Assembly (NCBI RefSeq): GCF_001194135.2
Contig: NC_068988.1
Location: 92,921,775-92,957,187 of the forward strand
Direction of reading: 5' to 3'
Source of the DNA: Octopus bimaculoides
Taxonomy: Eukaryota
Length of the DNA stretch: 35,413 nt
The notes under the pieces: model-generated
Database searches by the model: none
Told to the model about the DNA's origin: nothing
The model's input: the letters and a program-made list of their open reading frames with translations, nothing else
Made by a program: the position numbers and the translations under genes
Shown here: in pieces, positions 34,803 to 35,413 of the stretch
Numbering within the stretch: position 1 is the stretch's first letter
Layout of the letters: each line of letters begins with the position of its first letter

Positions 34803-35378
34803 ACAAAGTATGGAGGTTTAGTTCATAGGTGATCTAAACGATTAGATACGCTAGGTAAGTGCTGTAACGGGTTACTAGGAGTCCAAGATTATAGACGAAA
34901 CGGTAGTTATGGAGCCATTGCGGATTTTCGATGCAGCGGATATAATTGTTAAACAGGATAGCAAACATTAAGGCAAGGCAAACATCTCAAGGCGTACATA
35001 ATATTATTACGGGAAGAAATTCAGAATCTTCCAGCTGATTCTGGGATATCTCCGAGTATGGGATATTCTGTCATCAGAGACAAATAGGGAAAAAATAGGG
35101 AAAATGAGAAGAGTATATATTAATGAGATGACGACATGGAGGAAGGGAGTAAAAGAATAAGGAGATGGAAAGAGAGAAGAAAAGGGAAGTGTAAAGGTTC
35201 ATAGTTTAACTTTCTGAAGTTATAGAAACCAGAGCATGAGTCCTTAAGTGCAATCCTGCGTAGATCCATGTCAGTTAAATTCCTGATATAGTAGACATCC
35301 CAAGAAAAAAGACGCGAACATATCAACGTTCAATAACAGAATGGTAGCGGAGGTGGCTATTAAGTGGTAAAAGGAAAG

Positions 35379-35413
<35 letters not shown>

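Noticed and set aside
3584-34832. Long ORFs containing poly-X or HTHT/VCVC/YIYI/RERE runs
   Set aside because: Artefacts of N gaps and microsatellites.
35120-35326. 68-aa minus-strand ORF
   Set aside because: No motif, and its tail derives from purine-rich simple sequence.
1-35413. CRISPR arrays, operons or prokaryotic defence systems
   Set aside because: No regularly spaced repeat-spacer array; the sequence is eukaryotic, with spliceosomal introns and SINEs.

Overview
AT-rich eukaryotic draft-assembly DNA with 11 N-gaps and dense (TA)/(TG)/(AG)/(TAG) microsatellites. The tRNA-derived SINE families look like Octopus repeats; this is recognition from memory, not a database result. There are no prokaryotic features. 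The main content is not visible in the ORF track: two same-strand (+) paralogous intron-rich genes reconstructed by hand from GT-AG exons. Gene B (24503-33550, 3' end unresolved) encodes a signal peptide, a PAN/apple-like Cys module and an unnamed C-terminal domain (...LYWDSLPIKEVRLSL...FNGTGSNLSSWF...). Gene A (exons 2808-2899, 6164-6312, 10121-10230) is a highly diverged tandem paralog with identical intron phases (1,0,2,1); its probable first exon (~1757-2150) appears decayed. Between the genes lie two gapless 150-bp paralogous pseudo-coding segments of an unidentified protein. The rest is transposon debris: a decayed DD34E Tc1, four mariner fragments, a head-to-head Penelope-like RT duplication, RTE, RLE-type and Tx1/L1 LINE fragments, two SINE families, a foldback/MITE, and small hairpins with hammerhead-ribozyme-like remnants.
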